DNA of 64,000 nucleotides, from assembly GCF_006345805.1 (NCBI RefSeq), contig NC_043001.1, forward strand, positions 48,298,001-48,362,000, given 5' to 3'. A program made the translations under genes and the position numbers. How positions within the stretch are numbered: position 1 is the stretch's first letter; each line of letters begins with the position of its first letter. This DNA is from Octopus sinensis (lineage: Eukaryota). Shown in pieces: positions 40,545 through 53,449 of the stretch. The notes beneath the pieces were generated by a model that did no database searches, was not told the DNA's origin, and worked only from the letters and a program-made list of their open reading frames with translations.

Positions 40545-41240
40545 GACCAGAGATTGGTGTTGGTGAAATTCTCCAACAACCATTTCTGGCTCTTTCTGGA
40601 CGTATGGCATGAAACCTAGTCCTTCTGCCTCATCTATCACCTTACAGCAGCAACCTTCTCCAGCCCGGGTTTGACCACAGTTTCCAGCAGCTTCCTAATG
40701 CTGTCTGAATTGAGCCAAATTTCTTCAAAGATGTGATGCGGTATGACGTCACCCTCTCTGGAAACACACCCAAAGACTATCACAGTTTGAGGGAACTTGG
40801 TTTTCATGATACGTGGGACATTACATGGATTATAGGCAAGCCTCTTGTTGTTCTGGATATGGTGCAACTGGTGCTGACATAAGTTCTTTTCATCTGAAAA
40901 GAACCAGATCATCTTCGGCTCAACAGAACAGCTCAACTTGTACAAGAGCTTTCGTCAAGTGATTCTCCTCGGCCTTGACTGTTAAAGGATGTCCCTTGCA
41001 CCTCTTATAAAACAGGGTTTGCTTCATGGTGGGGACTTCAATATGCGTCTGTCTCGCCAAAGCTCAGATAGATCTTCCATCACCTTGACCTGCAATTATT
41101 GGATTAGTTCCTGCGTCAAGATACAACAGACTCCCGGCTGTGTCCCTTTCTGCTGGCAACGGCTTCGTAGTCTCCGTTACAGCTGTCGAAGTTACGTCTT
41201 ATGACATTACAGTATTCACAGAGCACTGAACACCTGTCAT
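40545..41240 (-). mobile_element. Tc1/mariner-superfamily transposase relic, maT/Bmmar1-like
   Basis: WFFSDEKN..Q...NN..LA..P..VPRIMKTKFPQTVIVFGCVSREGDV...VVKP and CHTSRKSQKWL.ENF. The third catalytic residue is missing, so DD37D spacing is inferred only. Confidence 0.8.
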
Positions 41241-41525
41241 GATGTTGGACATTTTAATACCTGACGGGTGTCATAATGAAACAGGTAACTCTTTTCCAAT
41301 ATTCATATGGCTTCCAGTCAACCATGTCAGCTAACTTTTTCTCAACTACAACTTAATCTTATTCTCCCCAAAGCCGTTGAATGTTCATTAATACATCAAT
41401 CTGCTCTTGAAGAAAGGAGACATAAAAAGTTATTAAATTTAACCAGATCACGTTGTATATATTTGTATGTTTTGTGTGTATGTGTGTACGAGCGTGAGCG
41501 TGTGTGTGTGAGCGTGTGTGTTTGT

Positions 41526-41557
<32 letters not shown>

Positions 41558-41849
41558 GCGAGCGTGAGCGTGTGTGTGTGTTTGTGTGTGTTTGTGTGTG
41601 TATGTGTGTGTGTGTGTATTTGTGGAGGCGCGTGGCTTAGTGGTTAAGGTGTTGCAATTCCTAAACCGGGTGAGGTTTTGTGTTCTTGTGTTCTTGCAAT
41701 TCCTAGACCGAGTGAGATGGTGTGCTTTTGGATAAAACACTTCGTTTCCCGTTACTCCAATTCATTTAGCAGGGAGAAATGGCCCGGGCAAACATGTCCG
41801 GCGTCTTAACGATTCTGGCTATCCAGCTCCCTCTTTATGTCGTTATATT

Positions 41850-42060
41850 GGTTTCAAATTTTGGCACAAGGCCATCAATTTCGGAAAAGTGGATTAAGTC
41901 GATTATATCGACCCCAGCACTCTCTTGGTACTTGTTTTAACGTTCCCAAAGGCTATCAGACAAACTCGAACTCAGCGTAATTTGAACTCAGAACTTAAAG
42001 ATGGACGAAATGCTACTAAGCATTTTACCCAGCGTGCTAACGATTCTGCTAGCTTGCCAC
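41850..42060 (-). mobile_element. SINE family B
   Basis: Reverse complement of the family B head (CGTGCTAACGATTCTGCTAGCT, TTTGAACTCAGAAC) and body. Confidence 0.75.
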
Positions 42061-43031
42061 ATTCTTTGTATCGTTATACTACGAATATTAATATACAACT
42101 ATGGTCTGGCAAAATCTTAAAAATCGTGGGAGAAATGTCGGCAACGACATAATAAACGGCAAATATATTCTCTAAGAGGATAAATATATACCCTAAACGG
42201 CAAATATATTCTCTTAGAGGAAGAGTTTCAATATGAATAGAAGAAAAATTTGCCTTTGGGGAGATCAATTATGCCATTGACCTTAGTATTTTACTGGTAT
42301 CGGTTTTATCAATTATGGCGTAACTGTCCCGGCAGGAACGCTTTGGTCATAGAATTGCTCACGCATTGTAGGCCTGCAGCTAAATAATAAGACTAGCAAA
42401 TATAACAGGAAAATACGGTAATTGATGGTCATGTTCTTACAGCTGCTGCTTTTATCATTATTGCAACAACAAACCATCACGAGCCAGAATAGAATTTACA
42501 ACGTAAAGACATGTTGCCCAATGTTTCATAGATTCCGCGAATCTACCACCTTTATCTGAAGGCAAAATTGTCTCTAATTGAGGCACAAGACCAACAGTAA
42601 TTGGGAGGGATGGTTAATCAATGCCATTGACTCCAATATTAGACAGTTGTTTATTTTATCGAGAACGGAAAGCAAATTTGAACTCGGCAAGATTTGAACA
42701 CATAAAGTAACGGAAAGAAACATGGTCTGAAGACTCTACCAGCTATGTTTCTTTTTGCTTGTTTTCCTTTGTTTTGTTTTCATCCATACAAGTACGAGTA
42801 GATGAACTAAGCAACTTTCATAAAACCTTGGAAATTGTATAATCTCCTCACACTGAATTCCGTATGGAACGATGCGAAGTCAAATGTTTTTCACTCTGTT
42901 TCTTTCTATAAAATTTGTATCACTAAAATATGTACCTATAAGTGTCTATCCAAAATGTTTTTAACGCACACTTTACCCTACATTTCTTATAGCTTTATCT
43001 ACTTCTAGTTCAACCATAAAAAACTATATAC

Positions 43032-43108
<77 letters not shown>

Positions 43109-43143
43109 AATACTCACACACACACACATATATATGATGTGTG

Positions 43144-43179
<36 letters not shown>

Positions 43180-43189
43180 GTTAGGTATG

Positions 43190-43460
43190 TTGCACCCACA
43201 GTTGTATGATGTTGGTTTCGATTCCCAGACCAGCTGCGCGCTACGTTTTTGAGCAAAACACTTCATTTCACGTTGCTCCAGTCCACGTAGCTGTAAATGG
43301 CTAACCTTGCGACGGACTAGCCTTATGATCAGGGTGAATGTTGGCCTCCCCGCCAGGCCAGGGAGGTGGCATCATTCGAAAGCTAAAATGAGGTAAAGTG
43401 CATTGTGACCAGCGATGTATTACAACATCCGAGAGTCTGGTTGATCACGTGATATACATA
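43190..43460 (+). mobile_element. SINE family C2, decayed
   Basis: GGTTTCGATTCCCAGACC B box; tail GCATTGTGACCAGCG..CAACATC..GATCACGTGATATA as in 5295-5400. Confidence 0.75.
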
Positions 43461-43801
43461 TATAGATGCATAAATGTATACATCTATATATTTTGTGACC
43501 TGCAATGTAATCAAACGCCTTTTTAGTTGTACATTTTTATATTCTTTTTGCGTCTATTTCATAAATGGCATCACTCGCAACTTTAGATTCTCCTCTGTTT
43601 CTTCCTTTGTGTGTTGAGTCACATTTTTCACTTCTTTGTTCATTGCATTTTTGCTTTACATTTCTACGTTTTCAGGGACGTATTTTCGTTTGCCTGACTA
43701 CAACTAGTATTTTTTTATTTGCTACCTTTTGGCGTCAGATTTTATTAGCATTACCTGTGTGTTCCCACACACTCACACACACACACACTCGTGTATATAT
43801 G

Positions 43802-43844
<43 letters not shown>

Positions 43845-43854
43845 TATATATATA

Positions 43855-44140
43855 TAAGTACCAGTTACGCACTGGGGTCGATATAATCGACTTAATCCGT
43901 TTGTCTATCCTCGTTTGCCCTCTCTGTGTTTAGCCCATTGTCGGTAGTAAAGAAATAGCAATAGGTATTTCGTCTGGCGTTACGTTCTGAGTTCAAATTC
44001 CGCCGAGGTCGACTTTGCCTTTCATCCTTTCTGGGTCGATAAATTAAGTACCAGTTACGCGCTTGGGTCGATGTAATCGACTTTATCGTCTGTCCTTGTT
44101 TGTCTCCTCTACGTTTAGCCCCTTGTGGGCAATAAAGATA
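43855..44140 (+). mobile_element. Tandem (dimeric) family B SINE
   Basis: A 3' half (TAAGTACCAGTTACGCACTGGGGTCGAT...AAAGAAATAG) is followed at once by a second unit starting GGTATTTCGTCTG..GAGTTCAAATTCCGCCGAGGTCGAC. Confidence 0.85.
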
Positions 44141-44422
44141 TAAATGTCAGTGGAAGACAAGGTCTATAATAAAATGAAGCACAATCCGATGATGATGATT
44201 ATATTCAACCATATTCATTTTGCATGTAAACTGGAAAACCCCTTGCATTTAAGCCTTATGTATCATAAACCAGTTACGAGATAAATGACATACAAAAGTC
44301 TCTCAGCAGTTCCAAAACGTAATTACAGTAATGAAATAAATAGTAACACTTTTCTTCTGCATTGCGTACTTTAAAAAAAAATTATATATATATGACCGCG
44401 GCCTTTGGGCTAAAACATTGTT

Positions 44423-44467
<45 letters not shown>

Positions 44468-45096
44468 TAGATAGATAGATGAATTTCATTTCGCCTATAT
44501 TTGTGATATGATGGGTTTTTTATTATCACGATACGTCTTTATATGGTCCTCCCTGAGACAAAATACTGCAGCTTTGAAGCGTTTACGAACAGACATAATA
44601 CACAAATGCACATAGCTACCCTCACGCGCGCGCACACACATACACACTAACACACACACTCACATCTCTGTATGTATATATGTATGCATGGACGCATCCA
44701 TGTATATATATATATATATGTACGTATGTATGTATGTATGTATGTATGTATGTATGTATGTATGTATGTATGTATGTATGAATACTTTTTTTTTATTATT
44801 ATGGCTGATATGTGAATGTGTGTATGTGTACTTGAACTGAGAGCACATTTAATTGTGCGTAAACACACACTACCCTTACAAAACTTGATATTTTGCCGAG
44901 TGCATTTCAAGCGTGAATTACTGCAAAATTGTTGGAATATATTTTTTATAGTTTTCATAGTGAATTTTGCTGGTGCATATATATGTTTTTTTTTTTTTAG
45001 TATTCATACAGCATCACGTTAAAACACATACTCCCCTCTTGCTATGTTCGTCCTTAATTATTGTTGATTTTCTTCATCTTCTTGTTGATGCTGCTG

Positions 45097-45162
<66 letters not shown>

Positions 45163-45744
45163 TTGTTGTTGTTCTTCTTCTTGTTGATGTTGTTGTTGCT
45201 ATTGTTAGAAAATGCAGAGTTTTTGGTGCCACCATTGCTATTCGTGATGTACTTATTTCAAACAATTATATTGAAATGATGTAGTGTATATAAGTGTATA
45301 TAATTGTTTATTTACCAACTGACATTGTATATAAATTTATATATAATTTTATAATTTCAACCACCATACACGCACACAAACACACACACATGCACTTACA
45401 CAGATACACACAAGCCCTTATACACGGCATGCATTATATATATATATATATGATTGAATAAGGGTAGAAATTGATATTAATCAATTAAAACCAGTAGCCT
45501 AGCATATTAAAAAAATCCGAAGATTAAAATATTTTTTACATACAAAATTTAAAGGACTGACCACAAAAAGTGGACATTCAATATGCTAGATATAGACGTC
45601 AAAATCGCTATTTTCCACGACGAATGTGTTCTCAAGAAAAACCAAAGTCTCAAAAAATAAGCAAGACAAATGAAAATATACGAAATAAAAAACGATTACC
45701 TATGTACTAATCATTTTCATTTGTTAATATTCACGTATATGTAT

Positions 45745-45830
45745 ACGCGAACATCTGCAAGATCATCAGCATAGTCTGTCGTTTACAGACATAATTTCCA
45801 CAACTAGATACAGAACGCTTGACCGGAATC
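45745..45830 (-). mobile_element. Tiny RT relic (DYADDLA), probably RTE clade
   Basis: Minus strand GACTATGCTGATGATCTTGCA encodes DYADDLA. Flanking homology is weak. Confidence 0.4.
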
Positions 45831-45838
45831 CCGCATGC

Positions 45839-45869
<31 letters not shown>

Positions 45870-46360
45870 ATATATAGGGAAAGTTTACGAAAAAAACAAA
45901 AGAGGAAGACAGGTGGTGAACAAAACAAACAGATGTATTAGTATAACGCTCAGGAATAGAAAAAGTATTTACATTTCGAGCCTACGCTCTTCTAATTAAA
46001 GGGACAGAGAGAAAACAAGGAGAGAGAAAAAAATGTGTGTAGTGGCTAACGATCTATCATATATATATATACACAATATATATATGCATATTTATATGTA
46101 TATATATCTTTATATATATACATATATATGAATGTATATACATATATACATATATATATGTGTGCGTGTTGTGTGTGTGTGTTTGTGTGTGTTTGTGTGT
46201 GTGTGTGTGTGTGTGATGTGTGTGTGTGTGTGTGTGTGTGTGTTTGTCAGCATGATGCTGACGCCGCGGATGAGAACCCAATAACTTTCGAAAATAGATT
46301 AAGGTTGCCCATCATATTTTCAGTCTGCGTAAAATTTGCCCTGTTTCTAATTATATATAT

Positions 46361-46394
<34 letters not shown>

Positions 46395-46533
46395 TGTATG
46401 TATGTATGTATGTATGTATGTATGGTATGTATGTATGTATGTATGCATGCGTGTATGTATGTATGTATGCATGCATGCATGTATGTATGTATGTATGTAT
46501 GTATGTATGTATGTATGTATGTATGTAGACGAT

Positions 46534-47348
46534 AGACGATACAAAACGGAAGGAAAGACAACAATTAGAGGGATAGGAAAAAAGGACGGGTTATTCGTAG
46601 CCTTCTTTTGTCAGTTAAGTTACCAGATGTCCTTACAGTTTCGAGCAGTTACACTTGAGACTGTTTGATCTGGTTGCCCCCCAAAAAAGTCCAAGTTAAG
46701 AGCATTATATATTTTGTTAGAAAGCTAGCGAATGTGTACGGCAACAAAGAAAAAATACGGAGAACATGGTACATAGTTACAAATACAAACAACAAGAATA
46801 TAACAACAGGTGTCTTCCGACTGAGGACGAATCAAACTGAGCTGGAGTGTATAAAGTGAAGGCCTAAAGGCAGGAACATAAGAGATCGACACAAGTGGTG
46901 TTGGCGGTCGGCAGTCAGGCCAAGAAGGAAAGATCATGGCTGGCTGGAAATCGGTCACGTGGACGGAGGAGGGATGATTAGGGGGAAGCGGGATTGAAGA
47001 ATTAGAAAAAGTCAAAGAGACAACAGAAAAGGTACAGGGGACATAAACAATATATATGAAAAATGGAACAAAAACGCAGCAGAGGACAATAGAACAACCG
47101 GACAGACAGACGATACAAAGGCCGACAGGAAAGACAACAATTAGAGGGACAGGAAAAAAAGGACGGGTCATTTGTGGGATTCTTTCGTCAGTCAAGTTAC
47201 CAGATGTCCTTAGAGTTTCGGACAGTTACACTTGAGACTGTCTGTTCTGACTGCCCCCACCCAAAAAAATTGCAAGCTTAGAGCATTAGATTTTTTTGTT
47301 ATGAAGTTAGCGAATGTTTGCGACAACAAAAAAATCACGGAGAACATG
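46534..47348. repeat. Pair of diverged ~240-bp direct repeats (46534-46768 and 47108-47348) with a unique spacer
   Basis: Shared blocks AGACGATACAAA, GAAAGACAACAATTAGAGGGA, AAGTTACCAGATGTCCTTA.AGTTTCG, CAGTTACACTTGAGACTGT and GGAGAACATG. Confidence 0.88.
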
Positions 47349-47633
47349 TATATGCGCACACATAGAAATATATACATAGAAATATATACGTACTATATGT
47401 TAATACATGCATGCATATATAGATGTGCGTTTGTTTATACACACATATATGCAGGTATGTATGTATGCGCATGTATATGCACAACGATATGTTTAAAGCG
47501 ATGCTCCATTTTTGAACAGGTATCTGTGGGGATATCAGGGCAACTCAGTGTATAAGAAACAGTTTAAACTGGGAATATAATTAGGTATAACATTCAGCTG
47601 AGAGCAATTCAGTCCATGGCTGACTCAGGAGTA

Positions 47634-47634
47634 C

Positions 47635-47690
<56 letters not shown>

Positions 47691-47707
47691 TCTTCTTCTT
47701 CTTCTTC
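47634..47707. repeat. (CTA)n/(CTT)n microsatellite
   Basis: Read directly from the sequence. Confidence 0.95.
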
Positions 47708-47871
47708 TACAACACACGCACACATTTATATATGTGTGCATGGGTGTGTATGCGTGCATGTACATGTATAATATATAAAAATGGATATAGAATATGTATA
47801 TATGGATATGTACATATATATATATATTATATATACCAGTATACATATATATATTATATATATATATACAG

Positions 47872-47918
<47 letters not shown>

Positions 47919-47999
47919 AGATATATAGATTATATATCTATATATATATATATGGACTTCAACCCACAAGGAACAAGGAGAAAACGCCACTTATATTTG

Positions 48000-48154
48000 A
48001 ACTCTATACAAATATTCTTTTAAAAAACTTTTCTGTTAATTTTTCTAAATTTGAATTTTTTAATTGTTATAGTTGAAAAGGTCTCAAATGACCGAAACCG
48101 GTACTGAAATGTTCTTTATAAAATTATTTTAGCATTTTCTATCTTTACTTGTTT

Positions 48155-48160
<6 letters not shown>
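48000..48160 (+). repeat. ~160-bp dispersed repeat with a hammerhead-like fold; second copy inverted at 62950-63110
   Basis: GAAACCGGTACTGAAATG...TTATAAAATTATTTTAGCATTTTCTATCTT is shared as a reverse complement with 62950-63110. Confidence 0.8.
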
Positions 48161-48197
<37 letters not shown>

Positions 48198-48359
48198 CAT
48201 ACGCATATGTATCTATACATGCATACATATTTGTGTGTGTATGTATACACAAACTCACGTACATTTTCATTCCCAACCGCATGCGTGCTCATATAAATAT
48301 ACATATACATGCGTATGGGTATGTGTGCGTGTGTGCGCGTGCGTGATATGATATATATG

Positions 48360-48655
48360 AAAGTGCGTGGCTAAGTGGTTCCGGTGTTTGGCTCATGGTC
48401 GTGAGTTTGATATCCGGCGGTAGCACCTAGTATCCGTTTCTTCACTCCACTCAGCGCGTAAAAATGAGTTACAGCCGTCATTCACACGGTCAGCCTTGCA
48501 GCATTCTGTGTCAAGCTGAACCTCCTTGAAAATCTACGTCAAGAGTGCGCCTGTCTGTGGAGCGCCTACCCACTTGCACGCTACTTTTATGAGCACCTAC
48601 TTAGTTGTTAAGACGAAACTGGAACTCTTACCGTCGTAACCGACTTAGTACCAGT
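48360..48655 (+). mobile_element. SINE family C, decayed
   Basis: GCGTGGCTAAGTGGTT head; CTCCACTCAGC..AAAATGAGT; CTGTGGAG.GC..ACCCACTTGCACG. Confidence 0.7.
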
Positions 48656-48769
48656 TTAGTTATATGCTATATGAATGTATGTGTATATGCATTGAGTCGA
48701 AACAGGGGCAACTGATGAAGGAGAATATTCCTTGTATTGTTTGTCTTGTACTCTGTTTTTTCGTTGTTA

Positions 48770-48900
48770 AAAAACGTCCGTTTCCTTGTTTGATTTTATG
48801 TTTTCGTTTCTCATTGTGTTCTACGTTTATTTGTGGTGTCCTGTACTCATATATGCATGTATATATACATATAGATGTAGGTATGTACATATATGTATGT
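48770..48900 (+). repeat. Dispersed repeat with a second copy at 52436-52560
   Basis: TATGTTTTCGTTTCTC.TTGTGTTC.ACGT...TGGTGTCCTGTACTCATATATGC is shared. Confidence 0.8.
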
Positions 48901-48993
48901 ATGTATATATGTATGTATGCATATGTTTTATTTATTAAATTGTTATGATTGATTGAACGCCACGCGTCGTTTTCTTCTTTCCTTCTTATATAT

Positions 48994-49051
<58 letters not shown>

Positions 49052-49058
49052 ATATATA

Positions 49059-51330
49059 CTAGCAGAATTGCCCGGCGATGCTCGCGGCCGAATTGCATGA
49101 AGTACTGTTAATGATTGCACTGAATTATGATGATTATTCGGGCAAATATTAATATAAGTTTACTGCGAATGAATGTATTTGTAAGTGCATAGAAAGCCGT
49201 GTAAAGGGGTTCCTAACCCCTCGTAGAATGGTGTAAGAATTGAATGCGAGGTTGCCTTGAAAAGAGCCATGTTATTGTTCTCATAATTGTAAGAATTTGA
49301 TAGTCGTGGAAGGCGGTGTAAAACGTTCGCAGGTGAATAGGGTCTCTTCGTTTTCACGAACGGCAGCGGATGTGCTGTTACAAAACTTCATGCTGTGTTA
49401 AAAGAGAATGGATGCCCTATGTAGGCAAGAGGGGAATGAAGCATGGGTAAGTAAATATGGGTAATTTATAAAATATAGAACAATAGCATCTATTCACCAT
49501 ATGTCAGACCGGCAAGACTGTAGTGGTGCTGAATAGATGAATCACAACACAGTGGTGCAAATGTTTTCATTGATGGGCGTTATGATTAAATTTGTTGTTG
49601 TATAAAATGATCTGTTGCTTAGTTTCCAAAGTGTATGTTGCGATCGTGTTGTCGCTTATGTAAACCTTAACAGTAAGAGTGTCGATGTACGTTGGATATA
49701 GAAGATGAGGCTGGTGGTTTGATGATGAATGGATAGAAATAGAGGTGAGCGAAGGACAGGTGTTGGTTAAGTGTGAATTAATGTCATGAAACGCCTAAAA
49801 ATGTAAATGCCATCATAAAAGAGAGTCGTATGTAAGTGAAATACTAACGTGTTCGAAAATGAAGAAACGTAATCCTATAAAACCTCCTTGTACACAATGT
49901 TTTTTTTATTTTTCGTTGTGGAACGAATGCGAAAGCATCACTGTTACTGCCGACACGCGAGCAGGCAACATAAAGCTGACCATGAGAGAAACATGGCTCT
50001 CCCAAATGTATTCCCGCCACAGACAGTATTTGACCCTGCGCTTTGTTAATTGACATTGCGAAACACGGCCTTACTGGGAACTGGGACCTCTGAAATATGA
50101 AAGGTAGGTCTGCTTCTGATGGGAAAAGATGCATCCTAAGTATGAGCACAACGTTGCCTCGACCGCACCCTGTGATAATGGTGGCCTCAATCAGATTGGG
50201 AGATAAGGACTTAACATTGAAACGTGTGCCATTGCATTGCTTTGGGGGAACCAAATTTCTGATGAGCATTATAGGGGCACCAACTTTAAGTTTGAGAATG
50301 TGTGGTGGTAGTCCGGGGGGCTCAAAGGAATTGAGTACCTCTATTGGATAGTTGATGACGTCCTCTGGGTCAGGAGTTGTATCGATATACTTATATACAT
50401 AGATATCCCCAGGAATGAGTTTTAGCTTTCATCATTAATATGGTGAAGAGTTTTATTCTCGGGGCCAGAATAGCCCTTTGGCCAATCCAATCCATATTCT
50501 GATAATTAGCTTGTAGATCTGGGAACACTGCATATCTGAGATCAGAAGGCGTTTTAACAATGGTACAAATGGAATCGATGGCAATATTACCATTTTCATC
50601 CCCTGGTATTTTGCCTTCGCCAAGTCCAAGGAGGGTGTGAGAAAATGCTGCTGATGTGGTATCACGTCACATATGAGCACGCATATTGGTGTGAAGTTTG
50701 AGAGTCTTCACCAGTGGCCACAATGTGGATGACTTAAGACACGCACTTACTGCATCAGCTCTAGTCCCTTTGGGAATAACCGGAAGTGTTTGTCAGAAGT
50801 CCCCTGAAAGAAGAAGTGTTATGCCTCCCATGGGAGCTGAAGAGTGTTTCATGTCTCTGAGAGATCTATCTAGTGCCTCAAGAGCACGTCTGTGGGCCAT
50901 CGTGCATTCATCCCAAACGATAAGCTTGCATCGTCTGAAGACTTCTGCCTGTTCGGAGCTGTTACTGATGTTGCAAGCTGGTGTCTCAGTCTTCGCTAAG
51001 TCAAGCGGGAGCTTGCAAGTGGAGTGAGCTGTCCTGCCGCCTGGCAAAAAGTAGCCGCAATTCCAGATGATGCCACAGCTAGTGCAATGCCTTGTGTTCG
51101 CCTAATCTCAGCCAATATTTATTTGTTGACAAAAGTTTTCCCAGTGCCCCCAGGAGCGTCCAGGAAGAAAATCCCCCCAGCTTTGGCCCGGACTGAATTA
51201 ACAACGGAGTTGTAAGCGAACTTCTGTTCTGGAAGGGGCTTTGGCTCATTATCGGCTATGTACTCGGCAAGCTCGTCAACATTAAAACATGTCTCACGCA
51301 GCAAATGTGAAGACAGAGTGTTTGTGCCTA
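49059..51330 (-). mobile_element. Helitron, 5'-truncated (helicase region plus 3' terminus)
   Basis: The 3' end is CTAG|T at 49059-62 with a GC-rich subterminal hairpin (CCGCGAGCATCGCCGGG). A PIF1 helicase lies upstream; no Rep (HUH) domain is seen. Truncated at a SINE A head (~51335-51415). Confidence 0.92.
49890..51300 (-). pseudogene. Helitron PIF1-family helicase pseudogene
   Basis: FLDAPGGTGKTF (Walker A), GGRTAHS, IVWDECTM, GGITLLLSGDF, LKLHTNMR, PPGLPPHILKLKVGAPIMLIRNL..CNGTR, QFPVRPCFAMSINKAQGQ, HGQLYVACSRV. A few frameshifts and stops. Confidence 0.95.
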
Positions 51331-52622
51331 CACATGCCAAGTCACCACACAGTGGGACTGAACCCAGGACCATGTGTTTGGAACGTAGTTTGTTACCACA
51401 CAGCCACACCTGCCCCTATGTATGTGTGTGTGTGTGTGTGCGTATGTGTGTATGGGTACATATATTATGCATGTATATATGTGTATATATATATGTGTAC
51501 ATATTACATGTACATCTATATATATACATCTACACATAAAATACAAAATACAAAGTTATATCTTGATATCGCTAGTGATAACGATACTCAAAATATATAA
51601 CAGACTGGATTGTAGGCCTGTCTCTTCTTGCAATTTCAATCAATTGGATCTTGTCCTCCCTCTTGTATAGAAGTGTACGGCGCAGCGAAATTCATTTTTG
51701 GACTTTCTTCTATCGAAGGCATTTTAACAAAAATGCTTCCGTAAAGACGGTGAAAATATTGCAATTTCCCCAAACACGGATACAATTCAATTTTTAAACA
51801 ACCAACCAACCCCCCTTCTCCGAAAGGAGGAGGGTTACGGTTTACAATTATTAACAAATGCAACGCAAGAACGTTTCCCTGACGAGGAACCAACAAACGT
51901 GATTACAATAGTCAAACAGTAAAAATAATAACAACAACCCTTTTTAATTTATCCCCATTTATGTGAAACCACTTATTAAAATTCAATCATTGATACAATT
52001 TTATACGAATTGCTAATACACACACACACACCATATAAGGGTGAAAAATTGAATATTAATTTGATTAATATGAATTGAAAACCCTTGTGTAGCATATAAG
52101 ACCATAGCGGATCTTCCTCTAGCAAAAAGGATGACCAGTATTAATGGCTCATACCTGTTATATAATACTTTCATCTTTAATAGTTTCACACTTGCAAAGA
52201 GAAAGTAGGAGAAAGTGCATCTATGTATCTTTTATCTTTCATCTTTTACTGGGTTAATCTTCTACTTGGGTGGTAGCCTTGAAGAACTTTTAGACGAATG
52301 AATCTACCCCAGTCCTTCTTTTAAAGCCTGGTAATATTCTATAAGTTACGGGGACTTAAGTACACCAAGTGGTGGCGGGGGAGAAACTCAACCCCAAACA
52401 GACACACAAACACACACGTTTATATACGTATATATATAATGTCCTGTTCCTTTGGTTTGTGTCTATGTTTTCGTTTCTCTTTGTGTTCGACGTCCCTTTG
52501 GTGTCCTGTACTCATATATGCGTGTATATGTACATTAGAGGTAGGTACGTACATATTGTTTAATATATTCATATGTTTTATTATAATATTATATAATATA
52601 TATATATATATATATACGTATA

Positions 52623-52700
<78 letters not shown>

Positions 52701-52702
52701 CA

Positions 52703-52796
52703 CTAGCAGAGATACCCGACGTTGTTCGGATTAAAATGGCATAGTTTGTGTGTATGTAATATAAATATATATATCTATAATACATATATAGATATA

Positions 52797-52840
<44 letters not shown>

Positions 52841-53449
52841 GAAACGTGATACGGGAAAGTACAAGCATTGACGACAAAACATTTATGGAATAAATGATGG
52901 GCTAATTTGACTAAGTGGAGAATAACAGGCCGTAGCATGTCATTGTAAATTGGGCGCATGTGATTTTTGAACGCACTGAAAATCTATCGGTGGATATACT
53001 CTCCTTTGCAACGGTCAGCGCTGCGTCTAACACGACCCATCGTATAGTTGGCAGTCGAATGAATGAATGAAGGTGTAATATTGTCGTAAATGGGTACATT
53101 CCGGAAAGGAGTTGCAATGGGAGACAGGACCGGGGTATTTAACTGTTGAAATGTTGCAGAAGGCGAAGGGTTGACGTTGAATTGCTGTCGTGGCTGTAGA
53201 ATATGAAACAAAGTGAGCCTATGCAATTACACGAGAATATGTAGTAATGAATTACTTGACAAAAATAAGGATATTTTCAGCTCCCAGAGAGCCCGTTACT
53301 CAGTATGCGAAAAATTTAAAGAATCTAAAACCATCTGTGGAACATCAGTAATGTATGTTCAATTTTGGAGAAAATCAGTTGTGAACTTCAGAAGTTCTCC
53401 GGGTTTACACACACACATATACACTCAACCTGACTTTTATAGATATAGA
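52703..53449 (-). mobile_element. Complete non-autonomous Helitron, 747 bp
   Basis: Minus strand A|TCTATATCTATAAAAG...CCGAACAACGTCGGGTATCTCTGCTAG|T: 5' TC, 3' hairpin plus CTAG, inserted between A and T with no TSD. Confidence 0.85.

Noticed and set aside
45061-45265. Poly-Leu/Ala/Thr or poly-Gln ORFs
   Set aside because: This is a compound triplet microsatellite; the Gln frame is broken by a (TAG)n run and no splice context is seen.
42153-47348. Direct repeats with spacers as a CRISPR-like array
   Set aside because: Only two units in each case, eukaryotic context, and no cas genes.
48708-48735. CTGATGA followed by the hairpin AGGA-GAATAT-TCCT as a hammerhead
   Set aside because: The required GAAA after stem II is absent (TTGTA), and no helix I or III could be built.
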